From Candidatus Hydrogenedentota bacterium (GTDB lineage Bacteria; Hydrogenedentota; Hydrogenedentia; Hydrogenedentales; SLHB01), in assembly GCA_016209895.1 (NCBI GenBank), contig JACQVH010000261.1, forward strand, positions 12,943-76,942: DNA of 64,000 nt. The letters are read 5' to 3'. Under the pieces are notes generated by a model. The model made no database searches, was not told the DNA's origin, and saw only the letters and a program-made list of their open reading frames with translations. A program made the position numbers and the translations under genes. Below are positions 61,179 to 64,000 of the stretch, in pieces (within the stretch, counting starts at the first letter, position 1; every line of letters begins with the position of its first letter).

Positions 61179-63319
61179 CCCAGTTCGCGAAGCCGATCCA
61201 ATTGGTGATGTTCTTCGATCCCTTCCGCCACCACCGCCAGATTGAGACTTTGCGAGAGGGCCAGGATTGATTCGACCAATTGCTGACTTTCCCGAGAGAC
61301 GTGCATCTCCCGTATGAACGACAAATCAATCTTCACGTTGTCCATCGGGAAATGCGTCAAGTAACTCAACGAGGAGAACCCCGTGCCGAAATCATCAATC
61401 GAAAGTTGTACCGCCTCGGCTCGGAGGCGATTCAGTCGGTTCACCACCGCGTCGGCTCGGGTCATGAGAACGCTCTCCGTCAACTCGATCCGTAAACAGT
61501 GCGGGTCCAGGCCCGTTTGAACCAGGCACGCCTGGATATTCTCGACCAGATGCTCTTGGGAGAATTCTTTCGCCGACAAGTTGACGCTGATGCCCAGTCG
61601 TTCCGCATTGGGGATACCCCGCTGCCAGGCGCGCGTTTGCCCACACGCCGTCCGCAGTATCCACCGCCCGATCGTTTGAATCATATCAATCTCCTCCGCT
61701 ATCGGGATAAATTGGTCCGGCGACAGCAAGCCCAATTCCGGATGGTTCCATCTTACTAACGCTTCGAAGCACTCGATCTTGCCCGTTGTCAGCGAAACGA
61801 TGGGATGATAGTACAGGACCAGCTCATTCCGTTCCGTGGCGTTGCGCAGACTCGTCTCCAATTGCATCCGCTTCTTGGCCAGCGCTCCCATCGCCAGATC
61901 AAAGATCGCGTAGCATCCCTTGCCGTTTGCTTTCGCCTGATAAAGCGCCGTATCCGCGTTGCGCAGTATCTCCTCGCCGGATTGGTTTTCCTCCTCGCCC
62001 ATCGCAATGCCGATGCTCGCCGACGTATAGATTTCATGCCCGTCTATGTTCAGCGGAGCGCCGACGGCGCTTTGGATGCGCTCCGCAACCCGAACCGCAT
62101 CTCGAATGTCATACACGTCGTCCAGTAACACCACGAACTCATCGCCGCCCAACCGCGCGACTGTGCTGTCGCAGCGGCCGATGGTATCGGTACCCCGAAC
62201 CGACGCGCGGATGCGCTCGGCCACGTTCTTCAGCAACCTATCGCCGACCAGATGGCCCAAGCCGTCGTTGATCACCTTGAATCGGTCAAGGTCAAGAAAC
62301 AAGAGGCTGAAATTATATCGCGGCCGGCGTTTCACCCGCTTGGTCGCGAGCCCGAGCTGATGGGTCAGAAGCGCCCGGTTGGCCAGTCCTGTCAGCGTGT
62401 CGTGCATGGCGTCATGCGCCAGTTGTTCTTCTCTTTCTTTCTGAGCGGTAATGCCCGTAATCAGACCCACCAAGCGTTCCGCCTTGCCCCGCTGATTGTA
62501 GGTCATAATCCCGCGACCCATTACCCACAGAAATTCCTTATCCTGGCGCTGCATCCGAAACTCGCGGCAAAACTCCTCCACATGAGAGTCCAGCGATTGC
62601 TTCAGGCTGGTCCGGAATCCCTCCCGATCATCGGGGTGGATTAGTTCGAAAAACTCTTGGGAACTGGTAACCATTTCCTGATTAGGAGATCCGAGCATCG
62701 CCCGCAAACGCGCCGAGCAAAGCACCTTGTCGGACTTAAGATCCCAGTCCCACAAGCCGTCTTTGGTGGCTTGCACCGCGAGCACGTAGCGCCGTCCGTC
62801 GTCAGTCAGCGCCTTCTCCCGACGCTGCTGCTCCCGCATCCCTTCCTGAATTTCGCCCCGAAACCGGCGCATCGTGCGGTCCAGTTCGTTCGCCAGCGAA
62901 CCGAGTTCGTCTTCGCTGCCGAGAGCCAATCCCCCGTCCGCCGTTTCCACATTCCTCATTTCCGCCACCCGCGAAGCCAATCGGGCAAGCGGCGCCAGGA
63001 AGCGACGGCGAAAAACCAGCGCGCAAACCAACCCCACTAACGTCCCAACGATGAGTTGAATCAGGGACGCGCCGTCGAACAGGGATAAAGGGGTGGTTTC
63101 GGAATCAAGCAGAAGTCGTCGAACACCATAGCCGGTCCCGACGACAATGACAACTATGATGGCTAACGCGAAGTCCGCTTTTTTCTTGAAAGTCACAGAA
63201 ACTCCTTCGTGCTGATCCTTCCAAATGACGCGGTAACCTTCTCGTGAGCCGGTAGTCCGAAAAGGCGAACCCTTGGCGGATAGTATGGACCGTCGTCCAC
63301 CTCTTCCCCCAAGGGACAA
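61091..63319 (-). CDS. Membrane-bound signalling protein with HAMP, PAS, GGDEF and EAL domains (diguanylate cyclase / phosphodiesterase).
   Basis: Two TM helices. PAS-like ...VLCSARLRAMLG.... GGDEF contains ARLGGDEFVVLL. EAL contains ECFEALVRWNHPELGLLSPDQFIPIAE, ...DDFGTGFSSLSYL... and EGIE. Confidence 0.87.
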   Translation of the reverse strand: MSLGGRGGRRSILSAKGSPFRTTGSREGYRVIWKDQHEGVSVTFKKKADFALAIIVVIVVGTGYGVRRLLLDSETTPLSLFDGASLIQLIVGTLVGLVCALVFRRRFLAPLARLASRVAEMRNVETADGGLALGSEDELGSLANELDRTMRRFRGEIQEGMREQQRREKALTDDGRRYVLAVQATKDGLWDWDLKSDKVLCSARLRAMLGSPNQEMVTSSQEFFELIHPDDREGFRTSLKQSLDSHVEEFCREFRMQRQDKEFLWVMGRGIMTYNQRGKAERLVGLITGITAQKEREEQLAHDAMHDTLTGLANRALLTHQLGLATKRVKRRPRYNFSLLFLDLDRFKVINDGLGHLVGDRLLKNVAERIRASVRGTDTIGRCDSTVARLGGDEFVVLLDDVYDIRDAVRVAERIQSAVGAPLNIDGHEIYTSASIGIAMGEEENQSGEEILRNADTALYQAKANGKGCYAIFDLAMGALAKKRMQLETSLRNATERNELVLYYHPIVSLTTGKIECFEALVRWNHPELGLLSPDQFIPIAEEIDMIQTIGRWILRTACGQTRAWQRGIPNAERLGISVNLSAKEFSQEHLVENIQACLVQTGLDPHCLRIELTESVLMTRADAVVNRLNRLRAEAVQLSIDDFGTGFSSLSYLTHFPMDNVKIDLSFIREMHVSRESQQLVESILALSQSLNLAVVAEGIEEHHQLDRLRELGCEYGQGYFFAKPLTTPAATELLSVDPTW

Positions 63320-63459
63320 AAGATTCTATCGTATTTTTGTCGTTCTGAGCAATAGAGACCCGCGCCTGACCGAAGCCCTACACCTTTCCCGCGGGACTCG
63401 GCCTCGAAGGGCGTCCATTCCGTCCATGCGGTCCACCCGGTACACCGCAGACTTCGCCT

Positions 63460-64000
63460 CTACTCAAATTTCAGCAGGTGATAGTGCTTCTTCCCCGTGC
63501 GAATAACCCCGAGATGCTCCGAAAGCAGCGCGTCCGGCGTCAGCTTGGTCTCAAACGCGTCCACGCGGTGGTTATTCAAATACAGCCCGCCGCTCTGGAC
63601 CATCCGCCGCGCCTCGCCTTTACTCTTGAACACACCGGACTCGACCAATACATCCACCAGTAGCCGGTCGCGGCTCAGTTCGTCTCGCGCCAGCGTCGTG
63701 GACGGGACTTCACGGAAGACGTCCAGCAACGATCCCTCGTCCAGGCCCTCGAGTTCCCCGCCAAACATGGCATTCGTGGCCTTCCGCGCTTTGTCCAGTC
63801 CCTCGGCCCCGTGCGCCAATCGCGTCGTCTCCTCCGCTAACCGTTTCTGCGCGGCCCGCGTCTCGGGCGCATCGTGAAGCTGTTGCTCGACCGCTCGGAC
63901 TTCGTCCTGAGAAAGAAACGTGAAATAGCGTAGCAACTGCGGCACGTCCGCATCCGCCAAGTTAATCCAAAATTGGTAGAACCGGTAGGGCGATGTCCGA
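63460..64000 (-). CDS. tyrS: Tyrosyl-tRNA synthetase, C-terminal part including the S4-like domain. The N-terminus lies beyond the window end.
   Basis: ...MFGGELEGLDEGSLLDVFREVPSTTLARDEL...GVFKSKGEARRMVQSGGLYLNNHRVDAFETKL...KKHYHLLKFE is the conserved TyrRS C-terminus. The ORF is open to the window edge. Confidence 0.85.
   Translation of the reverse strand, partial: RTSPYRFYQFWINLADADVPQLLRYFTFLSQDEVRAVEQQLHDAPETRAAQKRLAEETTRLAHGAEGLDKARKATNAMFGGELEGLDEGSLLDVFREVPSTTLARDELSRDRLLVDVLVESGVFKSKGEARRMVQSGGLYLNNHRVDAFETKLTPDALLSEHLGVIRTGKKHYHLLKFE

Overview
This 64-kb window is a high-GC chromosomal segment of a Gram-negative bacterium, densely coding on both strands. The gene content (many prepilin-type proteins, a four-helix-bundle gene, GH78, numerous toxin-antitoxin pairs) fits a PVC-group or similar environmental lineage, but that lineage guess is inference only.

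Content in order along the window:
- A partial REC-HDOD response regulator, a four-helix-bundle gene flanked by inverted copies of a degenerate repeat element, and a REC-PAS hybrid histidine kinase.
- A minus-strand pseudopilin/GspK-like operon with a TPR protein.
- Two large secreted proteins: an unknown 718-aa protein and a beta-propeller + phosphoesterase fusion.
- A VapC-Phd toxin-antitoxin pair with the toxin first.
- A polysaccharide biosynthesis cluster (GT2 x3, GT4, AsnB-like).
- A second plus-strand pseudopilin/GspK/GspF cluster.
- An acyl-CoA ligase, a URO-D-family protein and QueC.
- An ECF sigma / anti-sigma pair.
- A decayed toxin-antitoxin region: a vapC-phd remnant, a DUF4160 gene with an in-frame stop, and DUF2442.
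- A GH78 alpha-L-rhamnosidase.
- A tightly overlapping Wsp-like chemosensory operon (CheW, CheR-TPR, CheW, MCP, CheA-REC, CheB) ending in a triple-receiver hybrid histidine kinase.
- A five-gene peptide-type ABC importer and a 982-aa HEAT-repeat secreted protein.
- A small toxin-antitoxin island: a frameshifted HigB-like killer with an intact antidote, a His/Tyr-rich secreted peptide, and a BrnT/RHH pair.
- GT9, PyrF, tRNA-Ser(GGA), TrxA, Asd, an NAD-dependent epimerase, a PilZ + GGDEF-EAL pair and the C-terminus of TyrS.

No CRISPR array, rRNA or obvious transposase is visible. The most notable signals are the Wsp-like pathway with a non-canonical phosphorelay output, two ATPase-less pseudopilin clusters, a dispersed intergenic repeat-element family, and several toxin-antitoxin modules caught in different stages of decay.

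The ORF track translates alternative start codons (GTG/TTG) as M, so several starts were moved to internal ATG/GTG codons; those coordinates are accurate to about 1-3 nt.
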